Part shown: positions 19,017-29,463 of the stretch, piece after piece
Numbering within the stretch: the stretch's first letter is position 1
Layout of the letters: each line of letters begins with the position of its first letter
Program-made: the position numbers and the translations under genes
IMG/VR virus record: IMGVR_UViG_3300017991_005548
Location: 232,328 to 296,327 of that record
Reading direction: 5' to 3' (one strand)
Length of the DNA: 64,000 nt
Notes under the pieces: generated by a model
Databases searched by the model: none
What the model was told of the DNA's origin: nothing
Seen by the model: the letters and a program-made list of their open reading frames with translations, nothing else

Positions 19017-19940
19017 ATGTCTAATGAAACGCCCACCGACTCTTGGGAGTCAAGAATCAACCAAGTTGCTAAGATCCTTAGCAAAACCCCAGATGACATT
19101 GAGGAAATCCTCAGTGCAGATCCGTTCAGAATTACTCAGGACCCAAACCGTCTTGAGATGCTGGCGGATGAAGAAGTAACCCCATTCGGAGATCTTCGCA
19201 AGATGTTTTGCGATGAGAATGGAGTTTCCCTACCCCAATTACGTATGTGCATGAAAGTATTACGTGGACCTAAAGGTAGCCAGAAGGCTTCTGAAATGGA
19301 TACAAACGTACTTGCTTTCAATGCTAAGTATGGATTGGAAACTCATGTAGAAGATCTGGACATTGAACAGATCCTCCCATTCTACAATCCCAAAAAGCGC
19401 AATAGAATTCATGAACTCATTCGTGATCGTTATGAAAGTGAGTTCGGCCCTGTTATCGCTTTCAAACCGAACTCTGAAAAGATTGCTGTTGAAGAAACAC
19501 TTGATTACATTGCTGATCTTGAATCTGGCCTTCCAGCAGAAGAAAGTATCGAGGTAGATGGGGAACTTGTCCGTCTTTATAAAGTTGGAGAAGTTCCAAA
19601 CGAAAAGGTCGATGAAGATCCACTCTTCCCAGACTGTCCATTGAGAAAAGGCCGTTCTACTCATAACAGAGTGAATTGGACTGACATCTCAATAGAAGTT
19701 CGTCAATTCTTCCGCATTCTTCATGAGTATTCTGAGGATATCGATCCAAACAATCGTCTTGAACTACGTAAAGTGGTTCGTCTTCCTCTTGATGAACTTA
19801 GAGAAATCTTCCCAGAAATCTATTTGATTTACAAAGAGCTTAAGGCAGACAACAAACTGCCAAGTTTGAAGATGTCTTTAAGAACCGTTACTTCAAGAAC
19901 GCAAAATCCATTTGCCATTGGCAGAAACAGAACTCGATAA
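19017..19940 (+). CDS. hypothetical protein (307 aa)
   Basis: AAGGAG SD; long ORF followed by a hairpin. Confidence 0.8.
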   Translation: MSNETPTDSWESRINQVAKILSKTPDDIEEILSADPFRITQDPNRLEMLADEEVTPFGDLRKMFCDENGVSLPQLRMCMKVLRGPKGSQKASEMDTNVLAFNAKYGLETHVEDLDIEQILPFYNPKKRNRIHELIRDRYESEFGPVIAFKPNSEKIAVEETLDYIADLESGLPAEESIEVDGELVRLYKVGEVPNEKVDEDPLFPDCPLRKGRSTHNRVNWTDISIEVRQFFRILHEYSEDIDPNNRLELRKVVRLPLDELREIFPEIYLIYKELKADNKLPSLKMSLRTVTSRTQNPFAIGRNRTR

Positions 19941-19946
19941 AAATAT

Positions 19947-19980
19947 AAGGGAGTGGGGTTATCCTCACTCCCTTTACTTT
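19947..19980 (+). terminator. hairpin terminator
   Basis: AAGGGAGTGGGG-TTAT-CCTCACTCCCTT followed by TACTTT. Confidence 0.7.
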
Positions 19981-19994
19981 CTGGGAGAATAATT

Positions 19995-21140
19995 ATGAAA
20001 AATTTTGATACCGTATGGGATTATGAATACTGGATGAAATCCAATGGGATGTTTGTTGGACTAAATACCCCCGAAGCTCTTAAGTCCGAAGATTTTAATC
20101 ATGGTCTGCCACCATATGCTAGAAGAAAATCATTTCTAGTAGATGAATACCCAGCTTGCCCTAAAAACTGGATGCAAAGTGAAGGAACGTTAGCCAGTTA
20201 TTTTGTTCCTGTAAAAGAAGGTAATGGAATGTGGTTAGATTTCAATAAAAACTATGACCATGACTATGATGTGGCTATCGTCATTTCAATTCAAGGTGTA
20301 AACCCAATTTCAGGTTTACCTTGTAAAGATGAATATCTGGAGCAATACATTGAATGTTGTCCAAAATGCGAGACTCCTTTCAAACCAGATAGGTTGTGTG
20401 AGAAGTGTAACATTAGATATCCTAAGCAGAATTATATTGCTACAACTACAACTCCAAAAGGCAAACTTTGGCTTGATGGGTTCAGAAGTTTAGAGGGTAT
20501 CGTTCGTCAATACATTTTAACAGCAGAAAAAATGAGAGGTGTCGCATCTAACGTAAAAGGAGTTGGGAGCAATAGAGTGTTCGCTATTGGAGTCTCTTTC
20601 TTTTTAAGTAAGGAAAAGAAACCAGTATATGAATCTTCATCTTCGTCTTCATCATGGGGGTTCCCATGTTCATCATCTTCTTCGTCTTCTATTGGAAGTG
20701 CATCATCATCTTCGATTCCTGACGCTTATGAAGATGATGACGACGATTACACATATTTGGATATGGATTTTGAAAGTATAAGTAGCGCTGACAACAAATC
20801 CAGTGAGAGTTACAAGATTACATGTGACAACTCTGACATACATAAAGTTTTTTCCAAAAAATCACGTCTCTCTAAACCACAACGTTCAGCCAAACCAGTA
20901 ACTTGCAACTTTATCCAACAAGTTAAAACCAAAAAGCTTGAGGTTGGTGCTGGAGCGAACATTGATCAACAGGTTTATGATGATAACGAAAAGATTGATT
21001 TCTGGAGAAGTGAACCTGAAGCCAGAATTTGCGTAAATTACGTCCTTGAGGAAGACGCAGTTAAGATCATTGAGCAAGGAAGAAGAATATTGGAAGGCCA
21101 CAAGGAAGGCTTTCTGCAAAACGTACCAGTAGGAAATTAA
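19995..21140 (+). CDS. uncharacterised conserved protein (QNY...WLDG...RQ / GAG...Q.VY.D...W family), with CxxC pairs and a Ser/Asp insert; start revised
   Basis: GGGAG SD before ATG 19995; QNYIA...LWLDGF...GIVRQY and LEVGAGANIDQQVYDD...FW; CPKC and CEKC. Confidence 0.65.
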   Translation: MKNFDTVWDYEYWMKSNGMFVGLNTPEALKSEDFNHGLPPYARRKSFLVDEYPACPKNWMQSEGTLASYFVPVKEGNGMWLDFNKNYDHDYDVAIVISIQGVNPISGLPCKDEYLEQYIECCPKCETPFKPDRLCEKCNIRYPKQNYIATTTTPKGKLWLDGFRSLEGIVRQYILTAEKMRGVASNVKGVGSNRVFAIGVSFFLSKEKKPVYESSSSSSSWGFPCSSSSSSSIGSASSSSIPDAYEDDDDDYTYLDMDFESISSADNKSSESYKITCDNSDIHKVFSKKSRLSKPQRSAKPVTCNFIQQVKTKKLEVGAGANIDQQVYDDNEKIDFWRSEPEARICVNYVLEEDAVKIIEQGRRILEGHKEGFLQNVPVGN

Positions 21141-21151
21141 GGAGAATTAAA

Positions 21152-21850
21152 ATGCCTAGAGAAGATTATACCCATTTAGTTTTTGTCGTTGATCGTTCTG
21201 GATCTATGTCTGGAATCGCATCAACAATGTGTGAAGGATATAACGGACTTATGGTTGATCAAAGAGAAGTCGATGGTAAAGCAACCGTCACATTAGCTCA
21301 ATTTGATGACCGATATGAGTTGTTATATGATATGGTTGACATTGAGACCGTTCCAGAGCTTACATTGCAACCAAGAGGCTGTACGGCCCTTCTGGACGCA
21401 ATGGGAAGGACCATGAATACTGTCTTAGAACAGATTATGGAGATGGAAGAGTCTGAAAGACCAGCAAGATGTCTGTTTGTTACCATTACTGACGGTGGAG
21501 AAAATTCATCAATGGAATATACCAGAGATCGGATTTTCCAAATGATCCAGGATTGCCAGGAAAGAGACGATATTAACTTTGACTTCACTTTCCTTGGAGC
21601 TAACCAAGATGCTATCGCTGTTGGTGGAGGTCTTGGTATTCGTCAAGATGCGGCTTTGACTTATGCCGCAAACAATGTCTCTGCTCAAGCAATGTGCGAT
21701 ACTTTGTCAAGAAGCATGACGCAGTATAGATGTTGTAAATCTAGGGATGCTTCATTGAGTTATTCTCTTGAAGATCGGGAAAATGTATTGGGAGAAAACC
21801 CCCTTGTCCCTGACATCGATTCTGATGTAATCAAGAATTTCAAGAAATAA
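21152..21850 (+). CDS. von Willebrand factor A domain protein
   Basis: MIDAS motif VVDRSGSM, TALLDA, ITDGGENSS, FLGANQDA. Confidence 0.92.
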   Translation: MPREDYTHLVFVVDRSGSMSGIASTMCEGYNGLMVDQREVDGKATVTLAQFDDRYELLYDMVDIETVPELTLQPRGCTALLDAMGRTMNTVLEQIMEMEESERPARCLFVTITDGGENSSMEYTRDRIFQMIQDCQERDDINFDFTFLGANQDAIAVGGGLGIRQDAALTYAANNVSAQAMCDTLSRSMTQYRCCKSRDASLSYSLEDRENVLGENPLVPDIDSDVIKNFKK

Positions 21851-21862
21851 TTCATCGTACAG

Positions 21863-21912
21863 TTGTCAAATATCCAACGGTTAGTTATAATATCTCTAAC
21901 CGTTGGATATTT
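21863..21912 (+). promoter_or_regulatory. sigma70-type promoter for clpP overlapped by a 17-bp inverted repeat (also a terminator for the vWA operon)
   Basis: TTGTCA(21863-68)-N17-TATAAT(21886-91); arms 21868-84 and 21896-912 are perfectly complementary and followed by a T-run. Confidence 0.75.
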
Positions 21913-21938
21913 TTTGTTAAGATTAGGAGAATAAAGAC

Positions 21939-22511
21939 ATGGGTAAAGAAGACACCAATCCCTGCAACAATCTTGAAGACAACCGAATTATTTATGTAAA
22001 TGGAAATTTCAACGAAGAAATGACCAAGAACATATATGAAAAGCTAATAGCACTGGAAACAAAAGATCCTAGAAAAGACATTTTCATGGTCATTGACTCT
22101 TATGGTGGATACTGCCACAGCTTCCTTGCAATTCATGATGCCATGAAAATGTGTAGGTGTGATGTTGCAACGTTTTGTATTGGGAAAGCTATGTCATGTG
22201 GGCAAATGTTATTGATGTCTGGGACTAAGGGTAAGAGATTTGCCTCCCCAAATTGCAGAATACTTGTCCATCAACTTTCTAGTGCTTGTTGGGGAACTTT
22301 GTCAGAAATGCAGGTCGAAGTTACTGAGAGTGAAGAAATCCAGAAAATTATGGACAAAATCATTCTTGAGAACACTGGGATGACCAAAAGGGAATTAAAA
22401 AAGCTGATGTCAAGAGATTCTTATCTATCTCCAGAAGAAGCTATAGAATTTGGAATTGTTGATAAGGTCGTTACCAGTTATAAAGACATTTACAAAACGG
22501 TAAAAATCTAA
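21939..22511 (+). CDS. clpP: ClpP-family protease
   Basis: IDSYGG, catalytic Ser AMSCG, His ILVHQ, RD.YLSPEEAIEFGIVD. Confidence 0.93.
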   Translation: MGKEDTNPCNNLEDNRIIYVNGNFNEEMTKNIYEKLIALETKDPRKDIFMVIDSYGGYCHSFLAIHDAMKMCRCDVATFCIGKAMSCGQMLLMSGTKGKRFASPNCRILVHQLSSACWGTLSEMQVEVTESEEIQKIMDKIILENTGMTKRELKKLMSRDSYLSPEEAIEFGIVDKVVTSYKDIYKTVKI

Positions 22512-23315
22512 TTACCAGACTGTTCTATAGATCTTCAAGCCAAGAACATGATTGTTTTGTGTTCCTGCTGGATAATAAACATATGTTCTTACCCTTGCCG
22601 CTTCTTGAGTAACACTTGGGTCCAATGGGAATCCGAATGTATTCAAACAGCTAATCCATTGCCCTTCATAAGGGTATAGATAACTATCAAAGAATGGTAG
22701 TGATCCTCCCATAGAAGTAGGTATATTAGGTGCCAATACACAATAGAGTTGATGCCCCCAAGCGTCTCCACTTAGGTTTTTATCACACCAGAAAGTTCCC
22801 CCCATTGTATCAACATCCAATGCGGCTGGAGTTTCTGCTTGATCATTAGCTACATAATCCCATATAGATAAAACACCATTATTGTTTGCATCAGTCTCAT
22901 CTGAGCAAGCTGTGTAGCCTGAAGAATCGTCCCCTTTATAACATCCAACAAAAGATAGCTCTCCCCAACTTGTCCTTTTATTGGTTGAAGTGTTAACTCT
23001 CAAATCTTCGAATGTATCAGAAAGTGTTGCTGTTGTTAATTTAAAATCTCTAAATGACATGTAGTAACCAGATCTTGCTGGTTGTTGAACAAATCTTTGA
23101 ACATAACCAACTGTTGGTTTCTCAAGTGTAGCCATGTTTGCAATTTCTACAGCTTCCCCTTCTGTTGTTTCTACAACACTAGTTTTATTACTGTCAATTG
23201 TATGTCCAACTGGATCTGCTGGACAAGTTGTTGGTGCTGTTTCACTTTCTGACCAGAGATATTCCCATTGAGAATCAGTGTCGCACCATACTCTATATTT
23301 ATATAATACTGCCAT
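22512..23315 (-). CDS. hypothetical virion-associated protein
   Basis: Last gene of the fibre block; 267 aa. Confidence 0.6.
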   Translation of the reverse strand: MAVLYKYRVWCDTDSQWEYLWSESETAPTTCPADPVGHTIDSNKTSVVETTEGEAVEIANMATLEKPTVGYVQRFVQQPARSGYYMSFRDFKLTTATLSDTFEDLRVNTSTNKRTSWGELSFVGCYKGDDSSGYTACSDETDANNNGVLSIWDYVANDQAETPAALDVDTMGGTFWCDKNLSGDAWGHQLYCVLAPNIPTSMGGSLPFFDSYLYPYEGQWISCLNTFGFPLDPSVTQEAARVRTYVYYPAGTQNNHVLGLKIYRTVW

Positions 23316-23325
23316 AATTTTCTCT

Positions 23326-23961
23326 CTATTTTACGACTGCTGATGAAATCCTCAGTTCATTACCTTTATTATTGATTCTACCCTCTATACTTAGGACTAC
23401 TTCGTCTGTTGGAAGATTTGCTAATGGCGTAAGAGTTACAATAGAAGGAAGATTATTAGTCTTACCTGTAGCTTCGACAATTACATCTCCAGTATCTTCT
23501 CTTACAATCCTAACATCATATGAATCGTTTGATTTAGTCTGCCATGAAACTAACTTAATTACTGTTGGGACTCCAAGCGTATCAATTCCCTCGAATATAA
23601 AACTTGCTATAACACTATAGTTTGTTGAAGTTGTTCTGGTGTAAGGTTTTCTCCCAGATGGAAAAATAACATTAACATCGGACATTTTTTGCTCAGCAAC
23701 AACTGATTGGTTCTTAAATAACTGAATTAAACCAGTTTGAGGCGACTTAAGGGTTATTATAAGTTCGTTCTTTTTATTGCCAGGTGAGGTCATAACACTT
23801 TCTATAAGGTCTTCTCTAGATTTCCCATTAAGAATTACTTTTGCTGTTAGATCTTTGTATCCAAGGTTATGAGTCACTGTTATAACTGATTCAGGTGATA
23901 GAGTTCCTTCCTCTTCATCATATCCAAAGATATGCCTGTATACCAATACATCTTTAGCCAT
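23326..23961 (-). CDS. putative tail-fibre-associated protein
   Basis: ITVTHNLG motif seen in fibre proteins; TAATG-coupled to the upstream gene. Confidence 0.55.
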   Translation of the reverse strand: MAKDVLVYRHIFGYDEEEGTLSPESVITVTHNLGYKDLTAKVILNGKSREDLIESVMTSPGNKKNELIITLKSPQTGLIQLFKNQSVVAEQKMSDVNVIFPSGRKPYTRTTSTNYSVIASFIFEGIDTLGVPTVIKLVSWQTKSNDSYDVRIVREDTGDVIVEATGKTNNLPSIVTLTPLANLPTDEVVLSIEGRINNKGNELRISSAVVK

Positions 23962-26267
23962 TACAATTTACCTCCATGAGTCCATTTTACTCCACTTAAT
24001 CCGAGTTCAACCACTCCTATTTGTGAAGAAGACGTTCCTAAATCATCTAACTCAAATCTAATAAAAACCATGTCTCCAGGATAATACCCAGATATATAAA
24101 ATGGGCCAAATTCAACAAACTGAATTTTAGTTGTGTCAACATCGTCAACTTTTACAGAATCTGACTGAGCGGCAGTTGCCGTTTTTGATTCTGTATTGAC
24201 TAAAGTCCTTGCAACAGGAGTTATCCCTCCAGATGGATCTGCTTCCAAGACACCTTGCACTTCAACAACTTTAAAGCCAATAGTCATATCTATATCTAAG
24301 CCAGATCCTGTATTAACAGTATCTAGGAAAGTTAAATCAACAAAAATAGGTAAGCTTGTGTCCATCCCCTTAGGTATGCTGAATTGATAGTATATTGCAT
24401 CCCCCGCGTCATTTAACAATGAGTTTGGACATTGATGTGTCCATCCGTCAGGCTCAGTTCCCAAGCCAATTGCAGTCGTCCAAGCCGCAACCCCACCAGA
24501 TTCTCCAAAAACATTCCCAGCGGCGTTTAGAGATACCCTGAATCTAGATCTTCCATGATAAGTGTTCGTTCCATCTGGATTAGCTTCAAATCTATTGCAA
24601 CTTAATTTAAATTGTTCGAAAACTGGAGCAGTTGTAACAGCAGTATCAATTCTAATTCTTGTCCAATATAGATTTTTACTATCAATTGTTTTCTTTGTCC
24701 AGTCAGTACCAGTAACATCTTCAGTTAGTCCAAATCTAATATGTTCACTTGAGTTTGCTCTGATAAATACTTCGTCAGCATAATTGTAAAATTCAGATGA
24801 TTCTGTTGACTGAACTGCGAACTCTGTCCAGGCACTGCCATTCCAATACTCAAAAACAAAACTTTTAGGAGTTACTTCAACAGCGGCTGTGGTTTGTTTG
24901 ACTTTTATTCCCCAATGTTTAACCAAATCTGTTGCAGTTTGTCTTTGTGAACCAATTAAAATTGTATGATTCGCCGCAGTACCTTGGAATGAAAAAGTAC
25001 TGCCTGATGAAGAAGACGCATCCTCTGATTCATCTACGAAATTACCACCATCAGTAGTTGATGACGCTGTGCTGTCTGTAGTTAAAACAACCATTCCTGA
25101 GGTATAAGAGTCACCTTCTCCAGCAATAAGTTCAGATCCACGATCTGGTCGTCCAACTGCGAGTTCTCCAGAGAATTTAAAGCCTTCATCACCTTCAAAA
25201 TCATCTTGAATAAATACAATTTCATTAGCATATCCTGCTGGAAATTGAGCTAACCCAAAATTAGCGTCCAAACCAATAATGTGAATCTCCACATCAAGAC
25301 TTTCTACCAAAAAATCAAGACTTGACGATGTACGGAATTCACACGACGAAATAGTAATCTTACCTGTCCCATCGGCTCTCATCGCGTTGGTGCAATTTCT
25401 TATCGTCATGGAAGATATTATTAACGATGAATCTGTTCCTAAGATATAAACCCCATCAGTTGCTCCATCAATTTCACCAGCACGAACGGTAAGAGTTGCT
25501 CCATCATCACACTTTATCCCTGTAGTAACATTAGTTGACACACACTCAAAAGTTACAAAATCAATTTTTGATGTAGAACCATTTGCGTGAAAAACATTTG
25601 TTATGCTACAAGCAACTGGCACAACAAGGCCAGTACCTCTTATTGTTCCACTATTCGCATAAATAAGGTTGGTTACTGAACCAACTGGCGCTGTAGTTAA
25701 GTTAATAACAACAACGCTTGAACTCGAAGTACATTCAATACCATTCGCACAATTATAAATAACACAGTCTTTAACTATAGATGACGGAACACCTGGAGTT
25801 GCCATTAAGAATGCTGTTCCTGAAGTTGCTCCAGTCAAAGAAAATCCTGCCAAAGTGTTATATCCAGTAGATGTTACTATTGTATCACTTGCGCTTGATG
25901 CTGAAATAGTAGTTGTAAATGGACCAGCTATGGCTCGTATATCAACATAGTTCTTCATTGCTATGGGAGTTTCTGTGTAAATTCCAGGTGCAACTGCAAT
26001 TGTATAGCTATTGGTTGGACCATTGTCTGTAATGTTTGATAAGGCCCCATTTATAGTTAAATATGGGCTATGTGCATCACCGTCACCTTCTGTATCGCTA
26101 CCCGTTTTGGATACATATAAAACGTTTGAAAGTGGAACAAGAAGATTTTCTCTTTTGATATATTGTGATTCATAACTTCCACCACCAAGGTTTTTTGAAA
26201 CAGCGACTAAGTCATCTGCTTCTAAAGTGGTCATTTCTGAAAGTTGTGATAATGATTTGTCAGCCAT
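23961..26267 (-). CDS. tail spike/fibre with right-handed beta-helix (pectin lyase-like)
   Basis: LYVSKTGSD..GDG...PYLTI..AL...IAVAPGIYTE followed by parallel beta-helix repeats. Confidence 0.78.
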   Translation of the reverse strand: MADKSLSQLSEMTTLEADDLVAVSKNLGGGSYESQYIKRENLLVPLSNVLYVSKTGSDTEGDGDAHSPYLTINGALSNITDNGPTNSYTIAVAPGIYTETPIAMKNYVDIRAIAGPFTTTISASSASDTIVTSTGYNTLAGFSLTGATSGTAFLMATPGVPSSIVKDCVIYNCANGIECTSSSSVVVINLTTAPVGSVTNLIYANSGTIRGTGLVVPVACSITNVFHANGSTSKIDFVTFECVSTNVTTGIKCDDGATLTVRAGEIDGATDGVYILGTDSSLIISSMTIRNCTNAMRADGTGKITISSCEFRTSSSLDFLVESLDVEIHIIGLDANFGLAQFPAGYANEIVFIQDDFEGDEGFKFSGELAVGRPDRGSELIAGEGDSYTSGMVVLTTDSTASSTTDGGNFVDESEDASSSSGSTFSFQGTAANHTILIGSQRQTATDLVKHWGIKVKQTTAAVEVTPKSFVFEYWNGSAWTEFAVQSTESSEFYNYADEVFIRANSSEHIRFGLTEDVTGTDWTKKTIDSKNLYWTRIRIDTAVTTAPVFEQFKLSCNRFEANPDGTNTYHGRSRFRVSLNAAGNVFGESGGVAAWTTAIGLGTEPDGWTHQCPNSLLNDAGDAIYYQFSIPKGMDTSLPIFVDLTFLDTVNTGSGLDIDMTIGFKVVEVQGVLEADPSGGITPVARTLVNTESKTATAAQSDSVKVDDVDTTKIQFVEFGPFYISGYYPGDMVFIRFELDDLGTSSSQIGVVELGLSGVKWTHGGKL

Positions 26268-26320
26268 AATTTTTCCTCGGCATTAATTATTTTCTATTTC
26301 TATATTTATGTTAAATAATC

Positions 26321-29300
26321 CTATTGGCTTTCGCTAGAACTTTCGCTAAACATTTCAGATGAAGAGGAAGATGACTCACCTTGAGATGATGTTGATGAGC
26401 TTTCGGAGTATAACTCACTAGAGGTACTTGAGCTTTCGGAGTATAACTCACTAGAGGTACTTGAACTTTCAGAGAATCCTTCAGATGATGTACTTGAACT
26501 ATCGGTACTTTGTGAGTATTGTTCACTAGATGTACTTGAACTATCAGTACTCTCTGTTAATCTACGGAAAGTTCCATCCTCCCAAATTGCGTTTCCTAAA
26601 TCACCATCCCAGACAAAGTTATCTCCATTCTCTAGTATCCATTGTTCGTCATTAATGGATGAAGATGAACTTTCTGAACCAGAGCTTGTGGAGAATGGAC
26701 AACTTTCTTCAACAAATCCAGGGTCGCCAAATCCCCTGCCTTTTGTCCAGACATTACCTTGATTAATTGGATAAATTTGGTTTGGGTCACTATAGAACAT
26801 CCAAAGATTTATGTCATTAGTAACTGTATCGTTAACGGCCCAATAAAAATTACCACCTGATTCTCCATAAAATAGATATAAGTCATTTGTATAACGTTTA
26901 TATATTGGATACCCATTAAATGTTTGTATAGTTTTGTAATACGGCCCATTAACATCTTGAGCAGGGACAGAGCTTGAACTTGATTCTGAAGAAAATTGTT
27001 CACTTGATGTTGAGGAACTCTGAGAAATACTGCTAGATGATTCAGATTTTGATGAATCGCTTACTGAACTTTCAGAAAGTGAGCTTGAACTTTCAGATTG
27101 AGAGCTAGAAGACTCACTAGTAAATCCTCCAGAACTTGTACTACTAGAGTCTTTAGAACTTGAACTACTTTCTCCAACTCCATCAGCAAGGGTTGAAAGT
27201 CTAATGGCAGATAAACCAATTTGGCTTGCTACCGTTAAATCTGTTCCACCTGCCTGACCTTGGAGAGATGTCCTTAACTCAACTTCCTCCCCCGCTGTCA
27301 ATTCAAGGACAGTGTGGGCGTTAAAACCACCATTCCAAGTGTCTGCTCCCCCCTGAGAACCACGTTTGTAATTACCATGACCCCCAATATTACTTTCGAC
27401 ATCATCAACAAACCAATCCGCGCCAAATGTAAGTCTTGTCCCACTAGTTGAAACTGTATCATCTGACAATCCATTCCCCATAAACAAATAATCATCAGTA
27501 ATATTAACTTGAACTTCAGCATTAGAGTTTTGAGTATAGGAGTTTGTGTCAATTTGATCAACATCTCTAGCAATATTAAGAATGGTACTTGCTCCCACAT
27601 CCTGTCCACCAGTACTATCATGAGTAATAATGGTTTCTGTATGCCATGGTACTTCCATAATTTCCAGACTAGATGAGTTAACAACTCTGGCCATACCTGT
27701 TCCATCAATGTCTGCGTTACCTCTTTGGATTTGCAAGATAAGATCTTGATTTGCAGTTGTATTATCGACTAGAAAAAGCGCATGAGCCACACCTGGACCT
27801 GAACTATTACCTCTTTCATAGACATATGAATAACTACCCTCAATTGCTGTACCACCCAAAGTTGTCCTTAATATTCTTTGTGTTCTACTAGATCCAGGTC
27901 CAAACTTGAAAGAATATTTGACAAGATATTTTGCGACCTTTTTAAGTCGAACGGTTGTTGCATTTTGTTGTTCGATAACATCTGTGTCAGTTTCGTCTTT
28001 AGTATTAAATGTAATGTCCTGCCATACTGTTCCAACGTAAGCTGTAGTATCTATATCGTCAAAGTATTGTCCATATGCGACTTTGTCTTCACTTGGCAAT
28101 TTTACCAACATTAATGAAGTTTTAGAGTTCGATAACACATCAGATGCACTTATAAGTACGGGTTGCCATTCAACTCGGACATCTTGTCCTCTAACTACAT
28201 CTATAAAAACCGCTCCAGATGTAAAGCCTTCATCATTCTCATTATTTCTGGCATAGCCATATCCATAACCACCATCTTGAACTACACCATTAACCAAAAC
28301 TCTTGATTGAATTGAATGTCTGCCATCAGATGTTGATGTTGATCTAATCTCATACATGAGTAGGTATTTACCATTGCTATCTATAGTGATGTCTGTATTG
28401 TTTACGTTTTTGTTATAAATGCTGTCTTCTCTAACAGTGTTATTAAATTGAACTCCTTCCCATACCCCAATGTTTCCTATTGTTTGGGTATTATTTGTGT
28501 CTTGGTAAATTGCAATAAGTCCAGTATTTTCTACATCAGACTCACTACTGGAACTTGTGATTCCCTCACTACTGGAACTATTGGAACTGTCAGAACTAAA
28601 TTCATCGTTAAGCCATTTATCAGCGAGATATGCTTCTACTTCATATCTCTCTGATGTAGACAGAACCCTATCATAGAGAAGTATTTCAGCGACTAAACCT
28701 TCAGTATATGAATCATTATTTCTGTTTCTTCCAACAGCATAAAAATCAAACAACGGATTGAAAACGGAACCAAGAGTTTGATCTAAGGTTTTCAATCCAT
28801 TTATATAACCTTTTAAACTATTGGCACCATCAGCAGTAATTGATAAAACGGTTGGCAATCTATTCCCAGAAGATTGCTCAATGGAATATTCTGTAGCTCC
28901 TACTCTAATTCCTAAAGTATCTGATGCATTATAATTGACTTGAAAGGAAGTGTCTGGAGTTTCTGAAGAATCATTACAAAACCAACTATCAAATTCAGAT
29001 TGAGTTTCTGTTGATTTATAAACCAAGAAAAAAGTCATTGGGCCTTGCCAATTAACGATATCTCTGTCTAAATAATCGTTATCACCATCAAACTCAACAG
29101 TGTTCCTTCCATTCATTGAGTTCAAGTTGTAAACTGGTTGATTTGCAGGGGTTGTCTGCTCCACATTAAGTATATTACCAGATTTGTCAGCCCAAGCAGA
29201 TACATTACTTCCGTTCAAGGTAATAGTGGATGCATCATCTGCATCTAGCCATAACCTCAATCCATTGGACGGGAGTCCTTCTGATGATGTTGAGCTACTA

Positions 29301-29404
29301 TCTCTGCTTGAACTGGAGCTACTATCTCTACTGGAAGAGCTAGAACTACTGTCTCTGCTTGAGCTTGAGCTACTATCAAAACTACTTGAACTACTTGAAG
29401 CCAT
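26321..29404 (-). CDS. serine-rich fibre-like protein: Ser tract, LamG/ConA-like domain, three C1q/TNF-like domains, small G.Y...NG.P.Y module
   Basis: LRLWLDADDASTI...VSAWADKSG...FDGDNDYL; triple jelly-roll repeats; Ser tracts at both ends. Confidence 0.75.
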   Translation of the reverse strand: MASSSSSSFDSSSSSSRDSSSSSSSRDSSSSSSRDSSSTSSEGLPSNGLRLWLDADDASTITLNGSNVSAWADKSGNILNVEQTTPANQPVYNLNSMNGRNTVEFDGDNDYLDRDIVNWQGPMTFFLVYKSTETQSEFDSWFCNDSSETPDTSFQVNYNASDTLGIRVGATEYSIEQSSGNRLPTVLSITADGANSLKGYINGLKTLDQTLGSVFNPLFDFYAVGRNRNNDSYTEGLVAEILLYDRVLSTSERYEVEAYLADKWLNDEFSSDSSNSSSSEGITSSSSESDVENTGLIAIYQDTNNTQTIGNIGVWEGVQFNNTVREDSIYNKNVNNTDITIDSNGKYLLMYEIRSTSTSDGRHSIQSRVLVNGVVQDGGYGYGYARNNENDEGFTSGAVFIDVVRGQDVRVEWQPVLISASDVLSNSKTSLMLVKLPSEDKVAYGQYFDDIDTTAYVGTVWQDITFNTKDETDTDVIEQQNATTVRLKKVAKYLVKYSFKFGPGSSRTQRILRTTLGGTAIEGSYSYVYERGNSSGPGVAHALFLVDNTTANQDLILQIQRGNADIDGTGMARVVNSSSLEIMEVPWHTETIITHDSTGGQDVGASTILNIARDVDQIDTNSYTQNSNAEVQVNITDDYLFMGNGLSDDTVSTSGTRLTFGADWFVDDVESNIGGHGNYKRGSQGGADTWNGGFNAHTVLELTAGEEVELRTSLQGQAGGTDLTVASQIGLSAIRLSTLADGVGESSSSSKDSSSTSSGGFTSESSSSQSESSSSLSESSVSDSSKSESSSSISQSSSTSSEQFSSESSSSSVPAQDVNGPYYKTIQTFNGYPIYKRYTNDLYLFYGESGGNFYWAVNDTVTNDINLWMFYSDPNQIYPINQGNVWTKGRGFGDPGFVEESCPFSTSSGSESSSSSINDEQWILENGDNFVWDGDLGNAIWEDGTFRRLTESTDSSSTSSEQYSQSTDSSSTSSEGFSESSSTSSELYSESSSTSSELYSESSSTSSQGESSSSSSEMFSESSSESQ

Positions 29405-29463
29405 TAAATGTTTCCATTACTATTTTTCGTATTCTATATTATAAATTTTTTTCTATTAATCCC

